Shown one piece after another: positions 7,357 through 16,018 of a stretch of 27,024 nucleotides of DNA. Below the pieces are notes generated by a model, which worked only from the letters and a program-made list of their open reading frames with translations, did not search any database and was not told the origin of the DNA. Every line of letters begins with the position of its first letter. The first letter of the stretch is position 1. Origin of the DNA: Elusimicrobiota bacterium (GTDB lineage: Bacteria; Elusimicrobiota; Elusimicrobia; Elusimicrobiales; UBA9959); contig JBAXKK010000029.1 in the NCBI GenBank assembly GCA_037137395.1, forward strand, positions 1-27,024, written 5' to 3'. The position numbers and the translations under genes are program-made.

Positions 7357-8052
7357 ATGGAAGAAAAAATACTTATTATTGAGGATGAAAAGGATATAGC
7401 CAAACTGCTGGATTATAACCTTAAAAAAGAGGGCTACCGCACCGTGCTCGCGCATGAGGGATCCGCCTCAGCGCTGCTGGCCGCCAAAGAGCGCCCGCAT
7501 CTGATAATCCTGGACCTGATGCTGCCGGGCCTGGACGGGCTTGAGGTCTGCCGCCGTCTGAAAACGGACGCGAAAACCGCCTCCATACCTATAATAATGC
7601 TTACGGCCAAGGGCGAAGTGTCGGATAAAGTTGTAGGCCTTGAAATGGGCGCCGACGATTATGTCACCAAACCTTTCAGCGTCAAAGAGCTTATATCGCG
7701 GGTGAAAGCCGTGCTGCGGCGCTCGGCCGTATGCGGAGAAGCCCTTGAGATCTACCGCGCCGGAGATCTTGAGCTGGACTGCTCACGCGTGCTGGCGCTA
7801 GTGAAGGGCAAGCCGGCAGACCTGACCGCGCGCGAATTTGAACTTTTAAAGGCACTGATGACGGCCGGGGGGAAAATGCTGTCGCGCGAGGTACTGTTGG
7901 AAAAGGCGTGGGGAATGGACGCCGCCCTTGAGGTGGAGACCCGCACCGTGGACGTGCACATAGGCACGCTGCGCAAAAAACTGGGAACCCAGGGCCGCCG
8001 AATAGTGACGGTGAAAAATTACGGCTACAGGTTTGAATCGGAAAATAAATGA
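7357..8052 (+). CDS. phoB: PhoB/PhoP-type OmpR family response regulator
   Basis: Receiver (IIEDE, LDLMLP, MLTAK, DYVTKPF) plus winged helix (TRTVDVHI..LRKKLG, YGYRF); sits next to phoR and a phosphate transporter. Confidence 0.88.
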   Translation: MEEKILIIEDEKDIAKLLDYNLKKEGYRTVLAHEGSASALLAAKERPHLIILDLMLPGLDGLEVCRRLKTDAKTASIPIIMLTAKGEVSDKVVGLEMGADDYVTKPFSVKELISRVKAVLRRSAVCGEALEIYRAGDLELDCSRVLALVKGKPADLTAREFELLKALMTAGGKMLSREVLLEKAWGMDAALEVETRTVDVHIGTLRKKLGTQGRRIVTVKNYGYRFESENK

Positions 8053-9257
8053 ATTTTATTTCAACTCTTAAATTATTTATCGGCAGGCAGTTCGGAGAGA
8101 TAATAGCGGGGTCAAAACGCTTCGCCGCGGGGGACTTTAGCTACCGCATCCCTCTCGGATCTTCGGGCGAATTAAGAAAGCTTTCAGAAACTCTTAATTA
8201 TATGGCGGGTGAGATAAGCGTGAGAATGCGCGAGGCTGAGTTGCGCCGCCTGGAGCTGGAGGCGGCTTTCCGCGACATGTCCGAGGCCATATTGGTAACC
8301 GATGGCGCGGGAATTATAACGCGCATAAACCCGCGCGCGCGGCGGCTTATGGGCGTTAGAGGCTTTGAACCGGAAGGAATGCGGCTGTCCGCAATGCCGG
8401 CCGGGCCCGAGCTGTCTTCCGCGGCCATTAAGGCTCTTTCCAGCGGCCAGGCCGTTTCCTTTGATATCGAGGCCGCCCCCGGCACTATATTGGCTGTCAG
8501 CGCTTCGCCGATAATCGAGGAGGGGGCAGTGCGCGGCTGCGTATTGGTCGCGAGGGATATAACCGGGCCGCGCAAGCTTGAAGCCATGCGGCGCGATTTC
8601 GTGGCCAATGTTTCACATGAGCTTAAGACCCCGCTCACCGCGATTATCGGCTGCGCCGAGACGCTGCTTAACGGGGCGCTTGAGGACCGTGAGCATGGCC
8701 CTGTTTTCGCCCGCAGCATACACGAGCAGGCGGTGCGCCTGGATAATCTGGTGAACGATCTGCTCAAAATTTCATATGCCGAATCCGGGCGCGCTTCAAT
8801 TGAAAAAGTTTCGGTTGATCTGAGAACGCTGGTGGATGACACCGCGCGAGGCCTGGCCGCCATACTGGTTAAAAAGAAGGTTTCCATTATAAACCTGGTC
8901 GCGGCCGGACTGAGCGTTAACGCCGACAGAGATAAACTTTCCCAGGTGCTTATCAACCTGCTGGACAACGCGGCCAAGTACAACCGGGATAATGGTGAGA
9001 TAAAAATTTCCGCAGCAGCGGACGCTGACATAACCAAGGTCCTGGTGGAAGATACCGGCCACGGCATACCGCCCGGACATCTGCCCAGGATCTTTGAGCG
9101 GTTCTACCGCGTGGACAAAGCCCGCTCCCGCGAGCTTGGCGGAACCGGCCTGGGACTTTCCATAGTAAAGCACCTGGTTGAACTGCACGGCGGCACGACC
9201 GGCGTGGAAAGCGCCGAAGGCCGGGGCTCAACATTCTGGTTCACCCTTCCGAAATAG
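8049..9257 (+). CDS. phoR: PhoR-like sensor histidine kinase (HAMP-PAS-HisKA-HATPase, no TM segment)
   Basis: RRDFVANVSHELKTPLT H-box, NLLDNAAKY, DTGHGI and RFYRVDKARSRELGGTGLGLSIVKH; ATGA overlap with phoB. Confidence 0.88.
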   Translation: MNFISTLKLFIGRQFGEIIAGSKRFAAGDFSYRIPLGSSGELRKLSETLNYMAGEISVRMREAELRRLELEAAFRDMSEAILVTDGAGIITRINPRARRLMGVRGFEPEGMRLSAMPAGPELSSAAIKALSSGQAVSFDIEAAPGTILAVSASPIIEEGAVRGCVLVARDITGPRKLEAMRRDFVANVSHELKTPLTAIIGCAETLLNGALEDREHGPVFARSIHEQAVRLDNLVNDLLKISYAESGRASIEKVSVDLRTLVDDTARGLAAILVKKKVSIINLVAAGLSVNADRDKLSQVLINLLDNAAKYNRDNGEIKISAAADADITKVLVEDTGHGIPPGHLPRIFERFYRVDKARSRELGGTGLGLSIVKHLVELHGGTTGVESAEGRGSTFWFTLPK

Positions 9258-9260
9258 CCG

Positions 9261-9313
9261 GACAGCGTGGTAGGACAGCGCGGCAGTACGGCAGCGAGAC
9301 AGTGCGACAGCAC
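9261..9313. repeat. Octamer tandem repeat (GRCAGYRN), 5-6 units
   Basis: GACAGCGC GGCAGTAC GGCAGCGA GACAGTGC GACAGCAC at 9274-9313, plus GACAGCGT at 9261. Confidence 0.65.
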
Positions 9314-9334
9314 GATTAGCTGACGCCAATCTTA

Positions 9335-9388
9335 TTTACACACATTTTACACGGACCTTAAACGCCCTTAATACGTTTTTTCTAAAGT
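9335..9388 (+). promoter_or_regulatory. Pho-box array (four hexamers at 11-bp period) and -10
   Basis: TTTACA (9335), TTTACA (9346), CTTAAA (9357), TTAATA (9368), then TAAAGT (9383), upstream of DUF47-pit. Confidence 0.7.
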
Positions 9389-9418
9389 ATAGGAGTAAAA
9401 TCCATACAAGGAGAATAT

Positions 9419-10045
9419 ATGGCCATTAATTTCGTACCGAAAGAATTAAAGTTCTTCGATTTCCTTACTCTGCAGGCCGAGAATCTTATGAAGGCCGCCG
9501 GCTTCTTTAAAGCAGCTTTGAAAGACGGGCTGCTGGACGAGGCAGAGGTGAAAAAGATACATGACCTGGAGCATGAGGGCGATACGCTCGCGCATGAGAT
9601 AACCGACATGCTCAACCGCACTTTTATAACCCCCATAGACCGGGAAGATATCTACAGCCTCGCCAACAGCCTGGACGATGTGCTGGACCTTATCAACGCG
9701 ATGGCCGGACGCGTGAAGCTTTACAAACTGGACGCGCGCGACGAGTATTTTGCCCAGTTCATAGATCTTATAGACCAGGCGGCCGCCGCGCTCGCGAACG
9801 CCGTAAAACACATGCACGACACCAAGCGCCAGCGCAGGGTTCTTGATCACTGCATAGAGGTCAACCGAATCGAGAATCTCGGTGACTCTGTAAGGGAAAA
9901 GGCGATAAGCCATCTTTTTGAGACCGAAAAGGACCCCATTATGGTAATAAAGTGGAAAGAAATATACGAGACGGCCGAAGGCACGCTGGACAACTGCGAG
10001 CATGTGGCGAAAGTTATCGAGTCTATACTGGTGAAAAATGGATAG
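9419..10045 (+). CDS. DUF47 family phosphate transport regulator (PhoU-like)
   Basis: LEHEGD, TFITPIDREDI..L...LDD and IKWKEIYE motifs; overlaps the pit start. Confidence 0.92.
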   Translation: MAINFVPKELKFFDFLTLQAENLMKAAGFFKAALKDGLLDEAEVKKIHDLEHEGDTLAHEITDMLNRTFITPIDREDIYSLANSLDDVLDLINAMAGRVKLYKLDARDEYFAQFIDLIDQAAAALANAVKHMHDTKRQRRVLDHCIEVNRIENLGDSVREKAISHLFETEKDPIMVIKWKEIYETAEGTLDNCEHVAKVIESILVKNG

Positions 10046-11042
10046 CACGCTTATAGCGATAATCTTCCTGGTGGCGCTGGCGCTGTTCTTTGATTTTTTG
10101 AACGGCTTCCACGACGCCGCCAATTCTATAGCCACTATAGTGGCTACCCGCGTGCTTCCTCCCAGGTACGCGGTGCTCTGGGCGGCGTTCTTCAACTTTA
10201 TAGCCTTCGCGGTCTTCGGTCTGCATGTGGCGGGAACCATAGGGAAGGGCATAGTTGATATCGCCCAGGTGGACGCTTATATAATCTTCGGCACACTGAT
10301 GGGCGCCTGCTCATGGAATATCATAACCTGGTATTTCGGCATACCTTCCAGCTCTTCACACGCGCTGGTGGGGGGGCTCATCGGCGCCGCGCTGGTAAAA
10401 GCCGGCACCGGCGCGCTTGTGATGCACGGGATAATAAAAACTCTGGCGTTTATAGTTATTTCTCCGCTGGTAGGCATGCTGCTGGGGATGACGCTGGGAA
10501 CGATAATCTATAATCTCTTCGCGCGCTCCACTCCGGCAAAGGTTGACCACTTATTCCGGAAGGGGCAGCTCTTATCCGCGGCGGCTTATAGTCTGGGGCA
10601 CGGCGGCAACGACGCGCAGAAGACCATGGGCATAATAGCGGGCCTGTTATTCAGCGCGGGCTACCTTGGCCCGGAATTCAATGTGCCGCTTTGGCTGGTG
10701 CTGACTTGCCACGCCGCGATAGCCCTGGGCACGATGTCCGGCGGCTGGCGCATAGTTAAGACTATGGGTAACAAATTGTCCAAGCTGCGCCCAGTGGACG
10801 GCTTCTGCGCGGAGTTCGGAGCGTCTATGGTGCTGTTCGGCGCTTCCGCCATGGGCGTGCCGATAAGCACCACCCATACAATAACCGGCGCCATAGTGGG
10901 CGTGGGAACTATCAAGAGCATCCGGGCTGTTAAATGGGGAATAGCGGGACAGATAGTCTGGGCCTGGATAATAACCATCCCGGCGGCGGCCCTGATCTCG
11001 GCCGCCTGCTACCAGTTAGCGGTCCTGGCGTTCAAAGGTTAA
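10038..11042 (+). CDS. pit: Inorganic phosphate transporter, PiT family
   Basis: NGFHDAANSIAT, PSSSSHAL, HGGNDAQKTMG and PISTTHTITGAIVGVG signature motifs. Confidence 0.95.
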   Translation: MDSTLIAIIFLVALALFFDFLNGFHDAANSIATIVATRVLPPRYAVLWAAFFNFIAFAVFGLHVAGTIGKGIVDIAQVDAYIIFGTLMGACSWNIITWYFGIPSSSSHALVGGLIGAALVKAGTGALVMHGIIKTLAFIVISPLVGMLLGMTLGTIIYNLFARSTPAKVDHLFRKGQLLSAAAYSLGHGGNDAQKTMGIIAGLLFSAGYLGPEFNVPLWLVLTCHAAIALGTMSGGWRIVKTMGNKLSKLRPVDGFCAEFGASMVLFGASAMGVPISTTHTITGAIVGVGTIKSIRAVKWGIAGQIVWAWIITIPAAALISAACYQLAVLAFKG

Positions 11043-11044
11043 CC

Positions 11045-11075
11045 TGGGCTTTTGGGGAGATCACCCAAAAGCTCA
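11045..11075. terminator. Hairpin immediately after the pit stop (possible terminator)
   Basis: TGGGCTTTTGGG-GAGATCA-CCCAAAAGCTCA; no U-tract follows. Confidence 0.4.
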
Positions 11076-11089
11076 CGCATGACCAAGCC

Positions 11090-11230
11090 GTCTTTCCGGC
11101 GACCTGCCCCACCGTGCAACTGGGGGGAAGCCGGAATCCAGGGTATTCTTGATGCTGGATACCGGCTTTCGCCGGTAGGACGACCGGCTTCCGCCCCCAG
11201 TTGCACGGTGGGGCAGGTCGCCGGGGAGAC
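11090..11230. repeat. Composite REP/REPIN-like long inverted repeat
   Basis: Perfect 31-bp arms CCGGCGACCTGCCCCACCGTGCAACTGGGGG at 11096-11126 and 11194-11224, with internal GCCGGAATCCAG...CTGGATACCGGCTTTCGCCGGTAGGAC REP-type units. Confidence 0.8.
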
Positions 11231-11301
11231 ATCAACGGTTTCACCAGAACGATGAAAAGCGTCTCGACGAGACCTCCGACTTATGTAAGCTTTTGAGGAA
11301 A

Positions 11302-12207
11302 TCACAGGATCCGGGAGCGGAGGCGGAATTTTTTTAATATGCGTTCCAGTATGAGATTCGGCCATTTGCGCTTTTGCGTTACAAGAAAGACCGACTCGTA
11401 AAGGCCGAAAGACTTGCCGTCCCCAAGAATGGTCAGCGCTTTTTCCGAGATGCCGGCCGAAGCCGTGTAGGCGTTGATGGGCGCGATCCCATGCCCGGAG
11501 ATGGCTAAACGGCGCGCCAGTTCCACATCCTGCACTTCCGCCACCACATTAACCTTAACATTCCACTGCGTAAGAAGGTCCTGAATATGGTGATAGGCCT
11601 GCCTGGGCAAAGAGGGGAGAATAAGAGGCGCGCCGTTGAGATCCTGCGGTATCCGCCTGTAACGCCGGGCCACGGTATTCGACGCCGCGAACACGATCGG
11701 GATCTTGCCGACAAGATGATTATCAATAACGTCGTGCTCCGGAGTGCGGATACTTACATCAGTCAGTATCACATCCAGCCTTTGCTCGCGCAATTCTAAA
11801 ACAAGATCGTCTATGCTGCCCTCTCTCGCGTCGATATGCGCGTCTGGAAATTCCTTTAAAATAAACTCAAGCAGCGCGTGGCCGTACGCGTGCGGGGTTC
11901 CGCTCAGGACTCCCAGCTGTATCTCCAGCCTTCCGCTGACAGGCCGGTCTTTAAGGGTGTCCTGCAGCTCCTGGCCCATCCTGAAGATGCTTTGCGCGTA
12001 GTCCAGCACCATCCGCCCGTCGTCAGTCAGATGCAGCCGCTGGTTTTTCCGGTCAAAAAGTCTCCGCCCCAGCGCTTTTTCCAGCTGGCTAAGCTGGGCG
12101 CTCAGCGTGGATTGCGCCAAAAGAAGCTTTTTGCAGGCCTTGCTGATGGTGCCCTCCCTGGCGATCACATAAAAATAATACAGATGATGGTAGTTTATGG
12201 CAATCAT
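11302..12207 (-). CDS. nhaR: LysR family transcriptional regulator, NhaR-like
   Basis: The N-terminus INYHHLYYFYVIAREGTI..A...L.LAQSTLSAQL is typical of the NhaR subgroup; LysR substrate-binding domain; 301 aa. Confidence 0.75.
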   Translation of the reverse strand: MIAINYHHLYYFYVIAREGTISKACKKLLLAQSTLSAQLSQLEKALGRRLFDRKNQRLHLTDDGRMVLDYAQSIFRMGQELQDTLKDRPVSGRLEIQLGVLSGTPHAYGHALLEFILKEFPDAHIDAREGSIDDLVLELREQRLDVILTDVSIRTPEHDVIDNHLVGKIPIVFAASNTVARRYRRIPQDLNGAPLILPSLPRQAYHHIQDLLTQWNVKVNVVAEVQDVELARRLAISGHGIAPINAYTASAGISEKALTILGDGKSFGLYESVFLVTQKRKWPNLILERILKKFRLRSRIL

Positions 12208-12213
12208 AGTTTT

Positions 12214-12272
12214 AATAGATGATATTATACTAAATTATCTATTTTACAGATTCGCTCGCTCGGTGCTATACT
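12214..12272 (+). promoter_or_regulatory. Putative LysR (T-N11-A) site and extended -10 of the divergent ATPase transcript
   Basis: AATAGAT...ATCTATT inverted repeat, ATCT-N7-AGAT at 12237-12251, and TGCTATACT at 12264-12272. Confidence 0.45.
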
Positions 12273-12365
12273 TTTCCTTACCATGGCGGGCCGACTGCAA
12301 CTTTTGCGCCGCAAGGCCATTTTCGTTCCGACAGATCCGCGGCGCGCGAAAGGATGGAATAAACA

Positions 12366-12449
12366 ATGACTCCTCAATGGAAGAGCCGCATCAGTATGGT
12401 TATTTTGCTGCTGATCCTCGCATCGTTTATTCTGACAGGTTTTTTTTGA
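12366..12449 (+). CDS. Putative 27-aa single-pass membrane peptide (MTPQWKSRISMVILLLILASFILTGFF)
   Basis: AAAGGA SD upstream; basic N-terminus then an uncharged hydrophobic run of about 19 aa; ends 48 nt before the ATPase ATG. Confidence 0.55.
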   Translation: MTPQWKSRISMVILLLILASFILTGFF

Positions 12450-12497
12450 CACCCGGCCGGGTGAATAAGCCGCATATAAGTCTATAAGGAAAACACA

Positions 12498-15080
12498 ATG
12501 CCTGACATAAACGATCTGCTTGCCTCTGTGCAGGGGCTTACCGGTGAGCAAGCCGCGCGGCGTCTTGCCGAAGAGGGCCACAACGAACTTCCCGCCCAGA
12601 AAAAGCAGACCATCTTTAACATAATAATACATGTGCTTAAAGAGCCCATGCTGCTGCTGCTGCTCGCTTCCGGCCTTATCTACCTGGCCCTGGGCGACGT
12701 AAAGGACGCCATGATGCTGATGACTTTCGTCATCGTGGTCATTGGCATAACTTTCTATCAGGAACAAAAAACCGAGAACGCTCTGGACGCGCTGCGCTGC
12801 CTTGCCAGCCCCCGCGCGCTGGTAATACGGGACGGCGTTCAGGTTCGAATTTCCGGCCGCGACGTAGTACGCGAAGATGTCATATATCTGCAGGAGGGCG
12901 ACCGCGTGCCGGCTGACGCCGTGGTGCTGGCGTCCGTCAATCTTTCGGCTGACGAATCTCTTTTAACCGGGGAATCGATCGCCGTGCGCAAGGCGTCATG
13001 GGACGGCAAAGCGGAAACCACCCGCCCCGGCGGCGACGATCTGCCTTTTGTATATTCGGGGACGCTGGTGGTGCAGGGCCGCGGCCTGGTAAAAGCCACC
13101 TCCACCGGCATCCGCACGGAAATGGGCAAAATAGGCAAAGCCCTTGACGCCATCACGATTGAAGAAACCCCACTGAACAGGGAGACAGGCAAGATCGTAA
13201 AATACTTCGCTATCGGCGGCGCGGTAATGTGCGCCGTGGTAATAATCGTGTTCGGGTTGACCCGCGGCAACTGGCTCAACGGTTTCCTGGCCGGCCTGAC
13301 GCTAAGCATGGCCATGCTACCCGAAGAATTCCCCGTGGTGCTGGTAATCTTTCTGACCATCGGCGCCTGGCGCATTTCAAAAAAGAATGTACTCACGCGA
13401 CGCATGCAGGCCGTTGAAACCATGGGCGCCACAACTGTGCTCTGCACCGATAAGACCGGGACGCTCACACTAAACATTATGCGCCTTTGCGAGATTTGGA
13501 CGGATTGCAAGTTCCATAAACTGGAAGAAAATAATCCCTCCATACCCGAAAAGTTTCACGACCTCACCGAATACGCCATCCTGGCCAGCCAGGAGGACCC
13601 ATTTGACCCGATAGAAAAGGAATTAAAGCGAGTAGGCTTGGCCTGCCTGGCCGGCAGCGAGCACCTGCACACAAACTGGAAAGTGGTGCGTGAGTACCCG
13701 CTGTCCCGCGAACTGCTTTCGCTCTCTCATGTATGGGAGGCTCCGGACCATAAGCATTACATAATAGCCTCCAAAGGCGCCCCTGAGGCCATCATAGACC
13801 TTTGCCACATGTCCCCGGAGAAGAAGGACGAAGTGATGCGGGCGGTGCTGGAACTTTCAGACCGGGGCTTGCGGGTGCTTGGCGTGGCTAAAGCCGTTTT
13901 CGAGAAAGAGGCGCTGCCGGATAAGCAGCATGACTTCAATTTTGAGTTTGCGGGCCTGGTAGGGTTCATGGATCCGGTGCGGCCGCAGGTGCTCGAATCG
14001 GTGCGTGAGGCGCACCGCGCCGGCATACGCGTGATAATGATAACCGGCGACTACCCGGGCACCGCTTCATTTATCGCCCGCCAGATAGGACTGCGCAACC
14101 CCGACAAGCCCATCACAGGCCCTGAACTGGCCGCGATGCCGCCTGACATACTGAAGGAGCGCATAAAAGAGACCTGCGTGTTCGCCCGCGTAGTTCCCGA
14201 GCAGAAATTGGCCATCGTCAACGCGCTGAAGGCCAACGGGGAAATAGTGGCAATGACCGGCGACGGCGTTAACGACGCCCCGGCCCTCAAGGCGGCCCAC
14301 ATCGGCATCTCAATGGGGGAGCGCGGCACGGATGTCGCGCGCGAAGCCTCAGCCATAGTCCTGATGAATGACGACTTTTCCAGCATCGTGCACGCCATAA
14401 GGCTGGGCCGCCGCATTTTTGACAATCTCCGCAAAGCGATAGCCTACATCCTTTCAGTGCATGTACCCATAGCGGGCATGTCCCTGCTGCCGGTGCTTTT
14501 TGGCCTGCCCATAGTGCTTATGCCAGGGCACATAGCGTTCCTGGAGCTGATAATAGACCCGGCCTGCTCGATAGTATTTGAGGCTGACCGCGAGGAACAC
14601 GACATCATGGAACGCCCGCCCCGCCGCATAGGCGAACCGCTGTTCTCCCGAAAAATGGTGATACTCAGCCTGCTGCAGGGCCTTAGCGTTCTGGCAGTCG
14701 TATTCGCCCTGTTCATCGTGTCGCTTAAATTCGGCAGGACCCCGGACGAGGCCCGCGCGCTTTCTTTCGCGGCGCTGGTTTTCGCCAATGTCATGCTGAT
14801 CCTGACGAACCTGTCATGGAAAGATCACTTCCTCAAAATAATGAGCGGGGCGCATAAGACTTTCTGGTGGGTTTCAGGGGGCGCGCTGGCAGTGCTGATA
14901 CTTGTACTCTATATACCCTTCTTTAAGAATATTTTTCACTTCGGAACGCTGCACGCCAACGATCTTTTTATGGCTTTTATCGGCGGCGTGGTCAGCCTGT
15001 TCTGGTTTGAGATGCTCAAAATACTAGAGCTGGGCAGGCCTAAAGTCCGCCCGGCCTCAGCCGTAAGGGAAGGGATATAA
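12498..15080 (+). CDS. Cation-transporting P-type ATPase (type II, Ca2+/Mg2+/Na+-like)
   Basis: LTGES, PEEFP, DKTGTLT, KGAPE, MITGD and TGDGVNDAPALK motifs; multi-TM C-terminus. Confidence 0.95.
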   Translation: MPDINDLLASVQGLTGEQAARRLAEEGHNELPAQKKQTIFNIIIHVLKEPMLLLLLASGLIYLALGDVKDAMMLMTFVIVVIGITFYQEQKTENALDALRCLASPRALVIRDGVQVRISGRDVVREDVIYLQEGDRVPADAVVLASVNLSADESLLTGESIAVRKASWDGKAETTRPGGDDLPFVYSGTLVVQGRGLVKATSTGIRTEMGKIGKALDAITIEETPLNRETGKIVKYFAIGGAVMCAVVIIVFGLTRGNWLNGFLAGLTLSMAMLPEEFPVVLVIFLTIGAWRISKKNVLTRRMQAVETMGATTVLCTDKTGTLTLNIMRLCEIWTDCKFHKLEENNPSIPEKFHDLTEYAILASQEDPFDPIEKELKRVGLACLAGSEHLHTNWKVVREYPLSRELLSLSHVWEAPDHKHYIIASKGAPEAIIDLCHMSPEKKDEVMRAVLELSDRGLRVLGVAKAVFEKEALPDKQHDFNFEFAGLVGFMDPVRPQVLESVREAHRAGIRVIMITGDYPGTASFIARQIGLRNPDKPITGPELAAMPPDILKERIKETCVFARVVPEQKLAIVNALKANGEIVAMTGDGVNDAPALKAAHIGISMGERGTDVAREASAIVLMNDDFSSIVHAIRLGRRIFDNLRKAIAYILSVHVPIAGMSLLPVLFGLPIVLMPGHIAFLELIIDPACSIVFEADREEHDIMERPPRRIGEPLFSRKMVILSLLQGLSVLAVVFALFIVSLKFGRTPDEARALSFAALVFANVMLILTNLSWKDHFLKIMSGAHKTFWWVSGGALAVLILVLYIPFFKNIFHFGTLHANDLFMAFIGGVVSLFWFEMLKILELGRPKVRPASAVREGI

Positions 15081-15120
15081 AATTCAACGGCAGGTAATAT
15101 TTCCGACTTGGAGGATTTTG

Positions 15121-15396
15121 ATGAACAAAATTATTTCGCGGGCCGGATTTACAGTGCTGATAGATATCGCGGGGCTGGCTTGTTTTATTTCTCTCGCCGC
15201 GAGCGGGTTCATCCTGGCGGAGATGCTGGAGGAGGGCGCGGCGTTTACCGGAGCAAAGGCCGGAGCGTGGGGGGAAATACACGAAGGGCTGTTCAAGGTT
15301 TTCGTCATCATAATGGCGGCCCATATCCTGCTGCACCTGAAGATGTTTATCTCCAGGATCAGAAACCTATTCTCAAAAGGATTACAGCCCCTGTAA
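15121..15396 (+). CDS. DUF4405-like small membrane protein (His-containing, cytochrome b-like)
   Basis: GGAGG SD; two TM segments with the D..........SG, W.EIH and HILLH pattern. Confidence 0.65.
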   Translation: MNKIISRAGFTVLIDIAGLACFISLAASGFILAEMLEEGAAFTGAKAGAWGEIHEGLFKVFVIIMAAHILLHLKMFISRIRNLFSKGLQPL

Positions 15397-15399
15397 AAT

Positions 15400-15951
15400 A
15401 TGGAAAAAAATATAAAGCTAACCAGCGTGTTCGCGAATATTATCGTGGCAAGCCAGTGGCTGCAGGCGCCGCTCTATTTCGGGCTGATAGTGGCGCAGGG
15501 CATCTATGTCTATCAGTTTTGCGTGGAGCTGTACCACCTCATATGCGGACTTGGCGCATTTAAGGCGCAGGATATAATGCTGATGGTTCTTGGCCTTATA
15601 GATGTCGTCATGATATCCAATCTTCTGATAATGGTAATTATCGGAGGCTACCACACCTTTGTGGCCAAGATCCATTTCAGCGAGCAGAACCCGCCGGATT
15701 GGCTGGACCACGTGAACGCCAGCACCATGAAAGTGAAGCTCTCGATGGCGCTTATCGGAATCAGCTCAATACACCTGCTGAAATCATTTATTGAAATAGA
15801 GAAGCTTCAGAAAGTAGATGTCTACACGCAGATGGGTATTCATTTTCTTTTCATAATTTCCGCGATAGGCCTCGCGCATGTAGCCGGCATGACAGACGCC
15901 TCAGTGGCCAAGAGCCGCCCGAATCATCAGCTCGCGGGCGCGCAGTCTTAA
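15400..15951 (+). CDS. yqhA: UPF0114/YqhA family membrane protein
   Basis: SQWLQAPLYFGL, LGLIDVVMISNLLIMVIIGGY, WLDHVNA..MKVKL and ISSIHLLK motifs. Confidence 0.9.
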   Translation: MEKNIKLTSVFANIIVASQWLQAPLYFGLIVAQGIYVYQFCVELYHLICGLGAFKAQDIMLMVLGLIDVVMISNLLIMVIIGGYHTFVAKIHFSEQNPPDWLDHVNASTMKVKLSMALIGISSIHLLKSFIEIEKLQKVDVYTQMGIHFLFIISAIGLAHVAGMTDASVAKSRPNHQLAGAQS

Positions 15952-16018
15952 GCAATATTGACTTTTAGTGAATTATTTGACAAACTAACACGGACGGAAA
16001 ATTAAATCGGAGGAATTG

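Noticed and set aside
11032..11365. ORFs across the inverted repeat (e.g. PATCPTVQLG peptides)
   Set aside because: They are translations of the palindromic repeat on both strands, with no protein-like features
12284..12320. nhaA-I (Li+) or Na+ riboswitch ahead of the ATPase
   Set aside because: Only a vague GC-rich resemblance; I cannot match the consensus by eye
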